From the IMG/VR virus record IMGVR_UViG_3300047567_000019: a stretch of DNA of 64,000 nucleotides; one strand, 5' to 3'. The stretch comes from an uncultured virus (IMG/VR IMGVR_UViG_3300047567_000019). Its lineage: Duplodnaviria > Heunggongvirae > Uroviricota > Caudoviricetes. How positions within the stretch are numbered: the first letter of the stretch is position 1; each line of letters opens with the position of its first letter. The notes beneath the pieces are model-generated. The model saw nothing but the letters and a program-made list of their open reading frames with translations, was not told where the DNA came from and did not search any database. A program made the translations under genes and the position numbers. This document shows, in pieces, positions 9,532 through 18,823 of this stretch.

Positions 9532-10110
9532 ATGAGTGAAAGCAAAAAGGATATATCCAAGAAAAAGGATACCTATGTCAAAAAGAAAAAGGACATGAAC
9601 TTTCAGAGTGTTGAATCTATGCAGTCTGTCGTTAATGTTGTGAATGAGGCTGCGGAGGCACTAAATGATAAGAATCGCACTATAAGAGAAAGTGCTATTC
9701 CAGAAGTGCTGGCCGGTGCGCTGGGTGCTGGTATTGGTGGAGTGGGTTCCTTTGCAGCGCTTTATGGGCTCGGAGTTGTTGGACTCTCAGCAGCAGGTAT
9801 TACGTCCGGTTTGGCTACGGCAGGAGCCCTTGTCGGAGGTGGTATGGTTGCTGGCGTATTTGTGCTCGCTGCTCCGGTAGCCGGTCTCGCTGCTGCAGGC
9901 GTTGGTGTTGCCTCTCATCTGAAGAATAAACAGCTTAGACAGGAAAAAGAGCGTTTATACAAAGAGGCGCTGAAAAAACACGAGGCTATTATTAAGGCTA
10001 TGAAATCAGAAGCTGATGCAGACAAGGAACGAATGGATTATCTGCAGAGTCTCAATATTCTGTTACAGCAGGCTATCAAGGATTTGCAACATGATTTAGG
10101 AGTTGCATAA
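9532..10110 (+). CDS. Glycine-zipper membrane protein with C-terminal coiled coil
   Basis: Long Gly/Ala hydrophobic stretch (LAGALGAGIGGVGS...GVGVAS). Confidence 0.8.
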   Translation: MSESKKDISKKKDTYVKKKKDMNFQSVESMQSVVNVVNEAAEALNDKNRTIRESAIPEVLAGALGAGIGGVGSFAALYGLGVVGLSAAGITSGLATAGALVGGGMVAGVFVLAAPVAGLAAAGVGVASHLKNKQLRQEKERLYKEALKKHEAIIKAMKSEADADKERMDYLQSLNILLQQAIKDLQHDLGVA

Positions 10111-10124
10111 AGTGAGGAGAAGCG

Positions 10125-10523
10125 GTGAGCAAATTCAATTTAAATAAGCTGGCACCCATGCTTGATAAGGCTGGTGACGGTTTGGTAAAGGCGGGGAAAG
10201 CAGTCGTTGATGTCGTGAAAGATCGGAACTTTCAGATAGGCGTTTTGACTGGATTGCCTGCGACAATAAGTGCATTCTTTTTAATCAGAAAATACCAAAA
10301 GCAGGCTGAGGAAAAGGAGGAGCTTTATAAAAAGGCTCTTGCAAAACACAATGCTGTTATAAAGGAACTGGATGCCAAGGCTGAGATGGACAAAGAAAGA
10401 CAAGATCGGCTTCTTGCTTATGATTCCAGATTAAAGAAAGAGATGAGCGGCTTGCAATCAGAGATTCAGGAACTGAAGAATCAGATCGCAGAGCTTGAAA
10501 AAAAGAAGGCTGACGATGAGTAA
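10125..10523 (+). CDS. Single-TM coiled-coil protein, paralogous to the upstream gene
   Basis: GAGGA RBS with GTG start; hydrophobic IGVLTGLPATISAFFLI; shared LYK.AL.KH.A.IK...DKER motif. Confidence 0.8.
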   Translation: MSKFNLNKLAPMLDKAGDGLVKAGKAVVDVVKDRNFQIGVLTGLPATISAFFLIRKYQKQAEEKEELYKKALAKHNAVIKELDAKAEMDKERQDRLLAYDSRLKKEMSGLQSEIQELKNQIAELEKKKADDE

Positions 10524-11880
10524 ATACAAGTATTCTGAAACTGAACAACAGATAAATGATGTTCTAAAATACCAAGATGAGGAGCTTAAGAAGATTAAGG
10601 CTACTATGCCTTCAACGACCGAGCTTGATAAAAGGATTCAGGAAAGTGAAGACTTGCTCCGTATGTTGGGGTATACAGAAATGCCGACGGTACCAAAGCA
10701 CGATGTAGTAAAAAAGGTAATGGTGGTACCTTCTTGGGAGCAACTATGCCTTGAAGCGGAAAACTCTGTAGGCACGGGGCATCCGCTTGAATCAATTTTT
10801 ACAGAAGCAGAGCTGAAGCGCAACAGCCAAGAAATCCGGATGCTAAATGCTGAGTATAATCAGTTGCACCATCTGGACAAATATGACATTGCAATCAGTG
10901 TTGCAGCTGGTCTGCTTGGAGCGGCTGTTGATGTTTTGTTGGTAGGCATTCCGCAGAAAACTCCAGATGGGTTAAAAGGTGGGACACTGGCCAACTATGT
11001 AAGAGACTGGTTCGATAAGAAATTTCCTGAAGAGGAAATGGAGAAGTTGGCAAACTCGAAGGTCAGCAAGGTTCCATACGACGCTCAGGATAACCGGAAC
11101 ACTACGCAGTATGTTGACGGGCTTTCTGCATATTACCATCGCCTGCTTTCTCTTGGTCACGATCCATTGCTTGGATTGATTTTTGGTGTGGCAGATATTC
11201 TTACTGGGAGAATGACCACCATTGATAAAACCGGAAAGATTGTAGTTCAGGTTATGGAGAATTATGCTGACCGCAAGGAGACAGATGTTTTTGCAGCTAT
11301 AGCCAAGCAGATCATACATTTCAAATCGGATATCACGACATCAATGGGACTACCGGCTCCTATGATGGCACTGTTTAATCTTCTGCAATTTGGGAAAATC
11401 GGTGAGTACGAACAGACCATAGCGGAAATCGTGCAGGGCATGTATTACGAGGGGTATGACTTTATACATTTCTGCACGCTTTCGATTCCGGTAATGATTG
11501 TAGAAGTAGTAACCCGGATTGGATATGCCTTCAAGCGCATTAAGGAAGGACATTCTGTAAAAGAGTCAATTCCATTTTCCCTGAACCGCGAAAAGCATCC
11601 CAAGCTCGCAACAATGCTGTTTATAGGCCACTCGGCTGCAACAGCTGTTAATGCCGGGAAGGTTTATTTTACGCAGAATCCGATGGCAATTAACTATCCG
11701 CAGTGGATTGCCTTCGCAAAATATTCATATCAACAGTTGAAATGGGTGCTGCTTGACAAGCCAAATGCCAGAGATGCATATGTGCGCGGCATTTTGTATG
11801 AAGAACTAAATGAGGTAATTGCTTCGGTCGATACAACATTTGATGATATGACTGCGGATTACATAGTTGTCTTTGAATAG
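10516..11880 (+). CDS. Uncharacterised ~454 aa protein with hydrophobic segments
   Basis: Long ORF overlapping the previous stop; YHRLLSLGHDPLLG motif. Confidence 0.8.
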   Translation: MSKYKYSETEQQINDVLKYQDEELKKIKATMPSTTELDKRIQESEDLLRMLGYTEMPTVPKHDVVKKVMVVPSWEQLCLEAENSVGTGHPLESIFTEAELKRNSQEIRMLNAEYNQLHHLDKYDIAISVAAGLLGAAVDVLLVGIPQKTPDGLKGGTLANYVRDWFDKKFPEEEMEKLANSKVSKVPYDAQDNRNTTQYVDGLSAYYHRLLSLGHDPLLGLIFGVADILTGRMTTIDKTGKIVVQVMENYADRKETDVFAAIAKQIIHFKSDITTSMGLPAPMMALFNLLQFGKIGEYEQTIAEIVQGMYYEGYDFIHFCTLSIPVMIVEVVTRIGYAFKRIKEGHSVKESIPFSLNREKHPKLATMLFIGHSAATAVNAGKVYFTQNPMAINYPQWIAFAKYSYQQLKWVLLDKPNARDAYVRGILYEELNEVIASVDTTFDDMTADYIVVFE

Positions 11881-11892
11881 CGAGTTGATTTT

Positions 11893-12078
11893 ATGGGAAT
11901 GGGATATGGCTGGGAGTGCCCAGATTGTAAATACAGTTTTGGCGCAAATGTTGGTGTTGGTTTTTTATATAATAAAAGCGAGCATCAGGTGTCCAGAGAA
12001 ACTGGTGTTCCACAGCGGACCATTCACGACCGAAAGATAAAAATCTTGGCGAAATTAAAAAGACTCATGAATGAATGA
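11893..12078 (+). CDS. Chimeric ORF: N-terminus of a Zn-finger gene fused to the C-terminal HTH of a sigma-like gene
   Basis: MGMGYGWECPDC...GVGFLY | NKSEHQVSRETGVPQRTIHDRKIKIL. Confidence 0.75.
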   Translation: MGMGYGWECPDCKYSFGANVGVGFLYNKSEHQVSRETGVPQRTIHDRKIKILAKLKRLMNE

Positions 12079-12361
12079 AGCTCTCGGCTCCCCCTCGCTG
12101 CATAAAGGCGAGGGGGAGCTATCCTTTGGGAGATGATAGTAAAATAGGGACAATTAGTATTGTTCGTATGGTAATGTAGAACATGGCGAGTGCGGCACAA
12201 CTCCGAGGAACACCTGAACATGACGTGGGGTCAAAACGTTTGCTGGTTTGATTGGGAAATGATTTTTTCAATAAGGAAAAAGTAATTATTTTTTTATGCT
12301 CACCATCTAAGATAACCCTATCGAATTAGCATTTTAAAACATGCCCTATCAGATTTTCGTC

Positions 12362-12411
12362 TTGACAACCGTTCGATTTTGAACTATAATTTTACGTGTT
12401 CAAAATCGAAC
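12362..12411 (+). promoter_or_regulatory. Consensus sigma70 promoter with two probable MarR operators
   Basis: TTGACA(12362)-17-TATAAT(12385); GTTCGATTTTGAAC at 12371-12384 and its exact reverse complement at 12398-12411. Confidence 0.9.
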
Positions 12412-12436
12412 ACTAAGGTGCGTGAGGTAATTACAT

Positions 12437-12889
12437 ATGAAAAACAATTTTTGGAACATGCTCAAAGAAGTTGAAAGCGCCTATAATTTTCACCGCAGAA
12501 AAGTTATGAACAAATATTCTCTCTCGGCAATAGAAGTAGATGTTATGTTATTCCTTGCGAACAACGGCGGCCTTAATACGGCTGCCGATATTGTATCTGT
12601 ACGAAAAATATCCAAATCTCACGTCTCACTGGCGACAGACGAGCTTTATAAAAAAGGGTACATTTGCAAAAAAGTAGACTCGGCGAATAGAAAGCGGATT
12701 TGTTTGTTTATTACTCCAAAGGCCGATGAGATAGTCCGTTATGGGCAAGAACAACAGGAAGAATTCATGAAAAAGATCGGTGACGGGTTTTCGGAAGATG
12801 AGAAAAGGCAGTTCTTCGACTCTTTTGATCGAATCATTGACAATGTCCGCCGCTTCTACAACGTGAAACCGAAAGAATCAACGGACTGA
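12437..12889 (+). CDS. MarR-family transcriptional regulator
   Basis: Winged HTH SKSHVSLATDELYKKGYI...D..NRKR..L..T.KA. Confidence 0.9.
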   Translation: MKNNFWNMLKEVESAYNFHRRKVMNKYSLSAIEVDVMLFLANNGGLNTAADIVSVRKISKSHVSLATDELYKKGYICKKVDSANRKRICLFITPKADEIVRYGQEQQEEFMKKIGDGFSEDEKRQFFDSFDRIIDNVRRFYNVKPKESTD

Positions 12890-14304
12890 TGGAAAGACAA
12901 AAGAAACGGAGGACAATTATGGAAAAGGCACATAATGAAGATAAGAGTTTCCTCGGTACAGAACCAATCAGGCCGCTTATGTTTCGCCTTTCTGTACCAG
13001 CAATTCTTGCCCAACTGATCAATGTTCTATACAACATTGTGGATCGTATCTACATCGGCCATATGCCAGAGGTTGGCGGGTTGGCGCTTACCGGTCTGGG
13101 CGTGTGCACACCGCTCATTATCATCGTGTCGGCTTTCGCCATGCTGGTTGCGATGGGAGGAGCGCCCAATGCTTCCATTGAGATGGGCAAAAAAAACGAC
13201 GAGGGAGCCGAGCACATTATGGGCAGCTGCGTTGCCTTGCAGCTTGTAATCTCCGCTGTGCTTACCGCAGCCCTGCTAATTTGGAACCGACCCTTGCTTT
13301 TAATGTTTGGGGCCAGTGAAAACACCATCGGCTATGCATCCCAGTACATGAACATCTATGCGATTGGTACCGTCTTTGTACAATTAACCTTGGGCATGAA
13401 TGCATTTATCACGGCGCAGGGTTATGCAAAAGTAAGCATGTACACGGTTTTGATCGGGGCAATCTGTAATATTATCCTTGACCCAATCATGATCTTCGGC
13501 ATGAACATGGGGGTGCGCGGAGCAGCTCTGGCGACAATCATATCTCAAGGAATCAGTTGCGTGTGGGTAATTCATTTTCTCACTTCCCCAAAAAGCAGCA
13601 TCAAGCTCCGGATGAAAAATATCAGATTTGACAATGTCCTTCTGTCCTGCGTAGCACTGGGTGCAGCTCCGTTTATAATGCAGGCAAGCGAAAGCATCAT
13701 TTCTATCTGCTTCAATTCCTCCTTGCTGAAATATGGCGGAGATATTGCCGTGGGTGCCATGACGATTCTGAGCACTGTGATGCAGTTTGCCATGCTGCCG
13801 ATGCAGGGTTTTGCGCAAGGTGCTCAGCCGATCTCCAGCTACAACTTTGGTGCTCACAATTCAGCTCGTGTCAAGCAGACCTTTCGACTGCTTTTGATCT
13901 GTTGCTGTACCTATTCCGTATTGCTGTGGGTTGCCGTGCAGATATTTCCGCAGGTTTTTGCCTCATTATTTACAAATGATACCGCAATGGTGGCGTATAC
14001 TAAAAGTGCATTACGTATCTACGCCGGTGCCATGTTTATTATGGGCGTTCAGATAGCCTGCCAGATGACCTTTATCTCCCTCGGGAATGCCAAGACTTCA
14101 ATTTTCGTAGCAGTATTCCGAAAATTTATCATGTTGGTCCCACTCATCTATCTTCTCCCCATGCTGCTACCTGATAAGACAGTAGCCGTGTATCTTGCCG
14201 AACCGATTTCAGATACTGCTGCGGTGATCTGTACTGGTATTGTGTTTGCGAAAGAATTCAGAAAAGCGATAAAAAAGTTGGATGAAGGCCCGCACGACAA
14301 TTGA
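12889..14304 (+). CDS. MATE-family efflux transporter (MepA-like)
   Basis: LYNIVDRIYIG, NIILDPI, GVRGAALAT motifs; about 12 hydrophobic segments. Confidence 0.95.
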   Translation: MERQKKRRTIMEKAHNEDKSFLGTEPIRPLMFRLSVPAILAQLINVLYNIVDRIYIGHMPEVGGLALTGLGVCTPLIIIVSAFAMLVAMGGAPNASIEMGKKNDEGAEHIMGSCVALQLVISAVLTAALLIWNRPLLLMFGASENTIGYASQYMNIYAIGTVFVQLTLGMNAFITAQGYAKVSMYTVLIGAICNIILDPIMIFGMNMGVRGAALATIISQGISCVWVIHFLTSPKSSIKLRMKNIRFDNVLLSCVALGAAPFIMQASESIISICFNSSLLKYGGDIAVGAMTILSTVMQFAMLPMQGFAQGAQPISSYNFGAHNSARVKQTFRLLLICCCTYSVLLWVAVQIFPQVFASLFTNDTAMVAYTKSALRIYAGAMFIMGVQIACQMTFISLGNAKTSIFVAVFRKFIMLVPLIYLLPMLLPDKTVAVYLAEPISDTAAVICTGIVFAKEFRKAIKKLDEGPHDN

Positions 14305-14330
14305 GATGAATCATGCCGACCTTCAATACT

Positions 14331-14390
14331 GAAAAAGGAACTGGACTTGGGCTGATCATTGCCAAGGGAGATATACAGCTATTAGATGGT
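14331..14390 (+). pseudogene. Histidine kinase HATPase remnant
   Basis: Translates as EKGTGLGLIIAKGDIQLLDG (G2 box) without the rest of the gene. Confidence 0.6.
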
Positions 14391-14719
14391 GTTTTTTCAC
14401 GCGGCGCAATTCGTTTGTTTCGATCAAATTAAAAAAAGCGCTACAAAAAAGCGTGAGTTTGGCGGGTCTATCTTCATGCCTGAATAAGCAATACCGTAAC
14501 CCTTCAAGCTCACCAGTCTGGAGGGTTTCTATGTCTGCTCAATTTACCATGAATTTCAGGCGACCGCTATTAAGTAGCGGTCGAGCGTGATGCAACGGAT
14601 CACAATCCGCTACACACCGCTTTTCTAACCGATAGCTCGTCAAAAAAACCTGTGCTTTTCAAGGAAACAGCGCGGGCAGCAGCACGAACCATCAGAGCAG
14701 ATAAAATATGAAATAATTT

Positions 14720-14771
14720 ACAGGAGCATACCTGTGGGCAACCGTGCTCACAAGTACGTTCCTGTTTTTTT
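14720..14771 (+). terminator. Long hairpin plus T-run upstream of the sigma-like gene start
   Basis: acaggagcatacctgtgggca...tgctcacaagtacgttcctgt followed by a T-run. Confidence 0.6.
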
Positions 14772-14856
14772 GCTTGCAGTTATATCATGCTGCCGAGTTC
14801 CGTCGCTTATTTTTCATTTTCAGATTTCAACAATCACGAGATGGATGACAGACACT

Positions 14857-15630
14857 ATGGCAAAATATCAGAAAATAACGGATTATCAAGCAAAATATCC
14901 CGGTGTGAGCAAAGAAATCATTGAGGTTTTAGAAAAGAGCGACCGTCAGATGGAATACCTGCAGTATGACATCAAAGCCGAGCGATGCCGAATCGATTCC
15001 ACCAGCGGAACTGTTACATATCTCCCCAGCCGAGAAGACTCATACGAACGGCTTCTGGAGGGAAACAAGCAGTTTCCCTCCGATGACGAAGATGTGGACG
15101 ATGCCGCGATTAAGGCCGTGATGATCGAAAAAATGCTAACCTGCCTCAAGCGTCTCAGCCCGGAAAAACAGAAGTTGATTACCGCTCTGTTTTTTGATCC
15201 TAAAGTTTATGAGGAAACCATCGAAGCAGCAAAAAACGGAGAGTTTGGTAATGAACTCAAGGAGTTATTAAGCGCTCATCCAGATGCCGCGATTGATCCA
15301 GAGGTCGTTATTTTGCAATGCTGCGATTGCGGTGAGTATGATTCCAGACCGATTTTGAATGCGTATGTACCGAAAGAGGATAAGCAACGACCGCCAAAAG
15401 AAAAAGGAAGAAGGTGGTCAGTAGCTTTTCCGTTTGAGGACGCTTCATATGTAACCAGTTACGACATGCAGGAATATTATGATCTGTATGCGGAGTATGA
15501 CCACAGATGTGAAAAATGTGGCGGCAAAATGACTGTTGTCCCGGAATCAAGCTATGAAAAGAAAAATGGCATGATTTGCCCTAAATGCAAAAAGCCACTT
15601 AAGTTGGTTGATCTTATTAATTGGGATTAG
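14857..15630 (+). CDS. Chimeric ORF: N-terminal 114 aa of a sigma-like protein fused to the C-terminal 143 aa of a Zn-finger protein
   Basis: ...REDSYERL...LKRLSPEKQKLITALFFD | PKVYEET...CCDC...CEKC...CPKC. Confidence 0.75.
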   Translation: MAKYQKITDYQAKYPGVSKEIIEVLEKSDRQMEYLQYDIKAERCRIDSTSGTVTYLPSREDSYERLLEGNKQFPSDDEDVDDAAIKAVMIEKMLTCLKRLSPEKQKLITALFFDPKVYEETIEAAKNGEFGNELKELLSAHPDAAIDPEVVILQCCDCGEYDSRPILNAYVPKEDKQRPPKEKGRRWSVAFPFEDASYVTSYDMQEYYDLYAEYDHRCEKCGGKMTVVPESSYEKKNGMICPKCKKPLKLVDLINWD

Positions 15631-15639
15631 TTGAAAACG

Positions 15640-15687
15640 AAAAAAGGCTCCCCAGTCACCGGAGAAATCCAGTGGTGAGGAGCTTTC
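15640..15687. terminator. Hairpin between convergent genes
   Basis: aaaaaaggctccccagtcaccgga-gaaa-tccagtggtgaggagcttt. Confidence 0.6.
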
Positions 15688-15688
15688 C

Positions 15689-17100
15689 TTATGCCTTGAT
15701 GGTCTGGCCGTTGCGGAAGGTTACGCTGATGTCGCCCTCGCCATTGACCGTGAGGTAATCCGTCAGGGCGTTAAATGCGTCAAGGGAGAACGCGGTCAGG
15801 GTTTCCGGCAGTTTCTCAAAGGCGGCAAGGAAATCCTCGACGCTGCCTTTTTGCGACTGCGTCTGGTTGATCTGTTCGTTCAAATCCTCGATGCGGGTCT
15901 TGAGCGACTCGTACCGGGTGGTCAGGTCATCGTACTTTTTTTGGTATGCCTTCTGGTCGAGAGCAACGTGGGCGTTTTCGTAGATGTTCTGCTGGACGGC
16001 ATCGGAAACAACCTGCGCTTCTTCCAGCAGTTTGTCGCGCTCGGCTTCCTGCTCTACTTGTGATTGCACTGCCAGATGACCTGCCGGTACTTATCTGTGG
16101 AGTGCCAGACCTTTGAGCCATACCAGCTTCCGCACTGTCCGCACTTGATTTTCCCGGAGAAAAGGTGGACGCCGCTGTGCCGGTTTCGGCCTTTGCCGCG
16201 CCGCTCAAGCTCACGCTGAACCATGCCTCAAAAACGTCAGGCGCAATGATGGCCTCGTGGTTTCCTTCCACATAATACTGCGGGATTTCACCATTCGTTC
16301 TTCTTCTTCTTTTTCGTGAGGAAATCCACGGTATAGCTCTTCTGCAGGAGCGCATCGCCCTTGTATTTCTCGTTTGAAGATGCTCCGGACGGTCCCGGCG
16401 TTCCACTTATCCTTGCCGCCCGGTGTCGGATGCCGTCAGCGGTGAGCTTGGGATGCGATGCCGAAGGGTGTCATGCCCTGCAGGAACATACTGTAGATGC
16501 GCTTTACACTTGGCGGCTTGCTCCGGATTCACCACAAGGTTGCCATCCGGCGCCTCGGTCGTAGCCAAGGAAATGGCCAAACGGAACGGTGACCTTTCCG
16601 TCTGCAAAACGCTTCCTCTGGCCCCATGTGCAGTTCTCGGAGATGGAGCGGGCTCTTCCTCCTGCGAGGGAGCTCATGATGGTAATCAGCAGCTCGCCCT
16701 TGGAATCCAGCGTCCAGATGTTTTCTTTTTCAAAGTAGATCTCCACGCCTTTTTCCTTGAGCTGGCGGATGGTAGTCAGGCTGTCGACCGTGTTGCGGGC
16801 AAAGCGGCTGACCGACTTGGTGACGATCAGGTCAATCTTACCATCAAGGGCATCGGTGACCATACTTTTGAAGCCCACGCGCTTTTTGGTGTTCGTGCCT
16901 GTAATGCCCTCGTCGGTATAAACACCGACGAACTCCCAATCGTCGCGGCCCTTGATATAGTTGGTGTAATAGTCGATCTGCGCCTCGTAGCTGGTGAACT
17001 GCTCGTCGCTGTCGGTGGAGACACGGGCGTACCCAGCCACCCGCCGCTTTTTCTGCTCCGTGATGGGAGAAGCAGTGAAGCGCGTCAGCGTGGCCGGGAT
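15689..17100 (-). pseudogene. Large serine recombinase 2 (frameshifts, apparent internal deletion, start missing)
   Basis: AGYARVST, YTDEGITGT, KSVSRFARN, SISEN; Zn-ribbon CGQCG; C-terminal VTFRNGQTI. Confidence 0.85.
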
Positions 17101-18602
17101 GCGGTCAGTTCCCGGAGCGTGTCCTCATGGATGCAGTTATTGCTGCAGGTGTTCGTTGTAGCGCAGACGAAAAGGTGGTACTTTTCGCCGGAGGCTTTCG
17201 TTCTGGTCTGCCTGCGGTAGTTGTTGCCGCAATCGGCACACTTGATCTTGCTGGTAAAGCAGGTCACGTCGTCACGCTTCATGGCATGGTTCCGGCGGTA
17301 GGAGGATGCCTTCTTCCGGGCTTCCGGAGTCCATGCATCCTTCTTTGCCGTGCTCACCCATGTGAGGGTTTTCTCTGTGCCGTCCGCCATGTGAAAATTG
17401 AGGATGCCCTGCTCCGGAACCGTGATCACCTCGACCTGTTCCGCAAAGGCATCCTCGTCAAATTCCTCAAGGCCAAGTGCCTCGGCGCATTTCTGCCGGA
17501 GAATGTATTCCGGGATCTCCATCGCCTTGCACTTGCCGTTTTTCGTCTTGCTGGAACCGCAGACCCAACCGACCAGCTGATCGCCGAGCTGTGAGACCTT
17601 TGCCCGGTTCTTACGGGTGTTGCGAACGTAGCTCTTGCCGCATTTCTCACACTTGATTTTGCTGGTGAAGCAGGTGATGTTCAGGCTCTTGTTGGCAAGA
17701 GCACCGAGCTCCTTCCGTCTGGCCATCTCGCTTTGCACATACTGGAAGGTCTCCATATCGATGATGGGCTCGTGGGTGTCCTCGACATAGTATTGTTTCA
17801 GCTCGCCGTGGTTCTTTTTACGCTTCTTGCTGATCGGGTCTGCGATGTATTCCTTCTGCAGGAGCATGTTACCGGTGTAGGTGATGTTGGAAAGCACCAC
17901 CTTGATATTGGAATCCACCCAGCGGCAGCCTTCGCGAGTCGTGATGCCCTCGGCGGCAAATTCCCGCTCTGTCTCAAGGCGGGACTTCCCATCAAGGAAG
18001 TTCTGGTAGATGCGCTTTACGATGGCGGCTTCCTCCGGAACGATGACCAGCTGGTCGCCTTCCCAGCGGTATCCGAATATCCTGAAGTGCCCGTTCGGGA
18101 TTCCACGCTCCATGCGCTTGCGAACTCCCCATTTTACATTGTTGCTGATGCTTTCTGATTCTGATTGCGCGAAGGAGGCCAGAAGTGTCAGCATGACTTC
18201 GCCGTCGCCGGAGAGGCTGTCGATGTTTTCCTTCTCAAACCGGACGCTGATACCCAGCTCCTTTAGGTGCCGGACGGTCTCTAAGAGGTCTACGGTGTTG
18301 CGGGCAAAACGGGAGATGCTCTTACAGAGAACAATGTCGATCTTGCCAGCGTCGCAGTCGGCAATCAGCCGCTTGAACTCATCACGCTTCTTGGCGATGG
18401 TGCCTGTGATGGCTTCATCAGCATAGACGCCGACATATTCCCACTCCGGGTTCTTCTGAATAAGCTCCGAGTAGTAGCTCACCTGAGAGGAGAGGGAATG
18501 GTGGAGCCGCTCGGTTTCCATTGACACGCGGGCGTAGGCTGCGACCTTTTTTCTGGTCGGCAGCGCTGGTATCTGCGGCTCTATCTTCGTGATTTTCGCC
18601 AT
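17085..18602 (-). CDS. Large serine recombinase 1 (C-terminus apparently truncated)
   Basis: AAYARVS, KSISRFARN, AQSESESIS; two Zn-ribbon repeats TCFTSKIKC..CG. Confidence 0.92.
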   Translation of the reverse strand: MAKITKIEPQIPALPTRKKVAAYARVSMETERLHHSLSSQVSYYSELIQKNPEWEYVGVYADEAITGTIAKKRDEFKRLIADCDAGKIDIVLCKSISRFARNTVDLLETVRHLKELGISVRFEKENIDSLSGDGEVMLTLLASFAQSESESISNNVKWGVRKRMERGIPNGHFRIFGYRWEGDQLVIVPEEAAIVKRIYQNFLDGKSRLETEREFAAEGITTREGCRWVDSNIKVVLSNITYTGNMLLQKEYIADPISKKRKKNHGELKQYYVEDTHEPIIDMETFQYVQSEMARRKELGALANKSLNITCFTSKIKCEKCGKSYVRNTRKNRAKVSQLGDQLVGWVCGSSKTKNGKCKAMEIPEYILRQKCAEALGLEEFDEDAFAEQVEVITVPEQGILNFHMADGTEKTLTWVSTAKKDAWTPEARKKASSYRRNHAMKRDDVTCFTSKIKCADCGNNYRRQTRTKASGEKYHLFVCATTNTCSNNCIHEDTLRELTASRPR

Positions 18603-18624
18603 TTGAATCACTCCTTTCCGGTAC

Positions 18625-18656
18625 TATACATCACTCTAAAAGCCTTATTTATCAAG
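18625..18656 (-). promoter_or_regulatory. Motif B copy: CTTGATAAATAAGGCTTTTAGAGTGATGTATA (minus strand)
   Basis: Shared with 38406-38437 and 39641-39672; directly upstream of the recombinase RBS. Confidence 0.7.
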
Positions 18657-18661
18657 CGTTT

Positions 18662-18823
18662 TCAGGAAAATAATGTGCCGAATATTGGCTGGTATTTCTC
18701 CCGCATTTTTGTATCAATTATGGCGTATTGCTCCTCGGTGATAATGCCGTCTTTGAGCATGGTCTGAAACATATTCATGCTGGCCTGATAGAGCTTCTCC
18801 CGCTCGAACTGATCCTCATTCAT
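18662..18823 (-). CDS. Small SHOCT-like protein upstream of the recombinases
   Basis: MNEDQFEREKLY...MLKDGIITEEQY..ID..M.EKY.P. Confidence 0.75.
   Translation of the reverse strand: MNEDQFEREKLYQASMNMFQTMLKDGIITEEQYAIIDTKMREKYQPIFGTLFS

Larger units (their letters stand above)
11971..15198 (+). mobile_element. 3228-bp integrase-less insert carrying marR, MATE and a split sigma-like gene
   Basis: Reciprocal chimeric ORFs at both junctions; both junctions read TTTTT-NN-AT-NN-TAAA. Confidence 0.75.
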
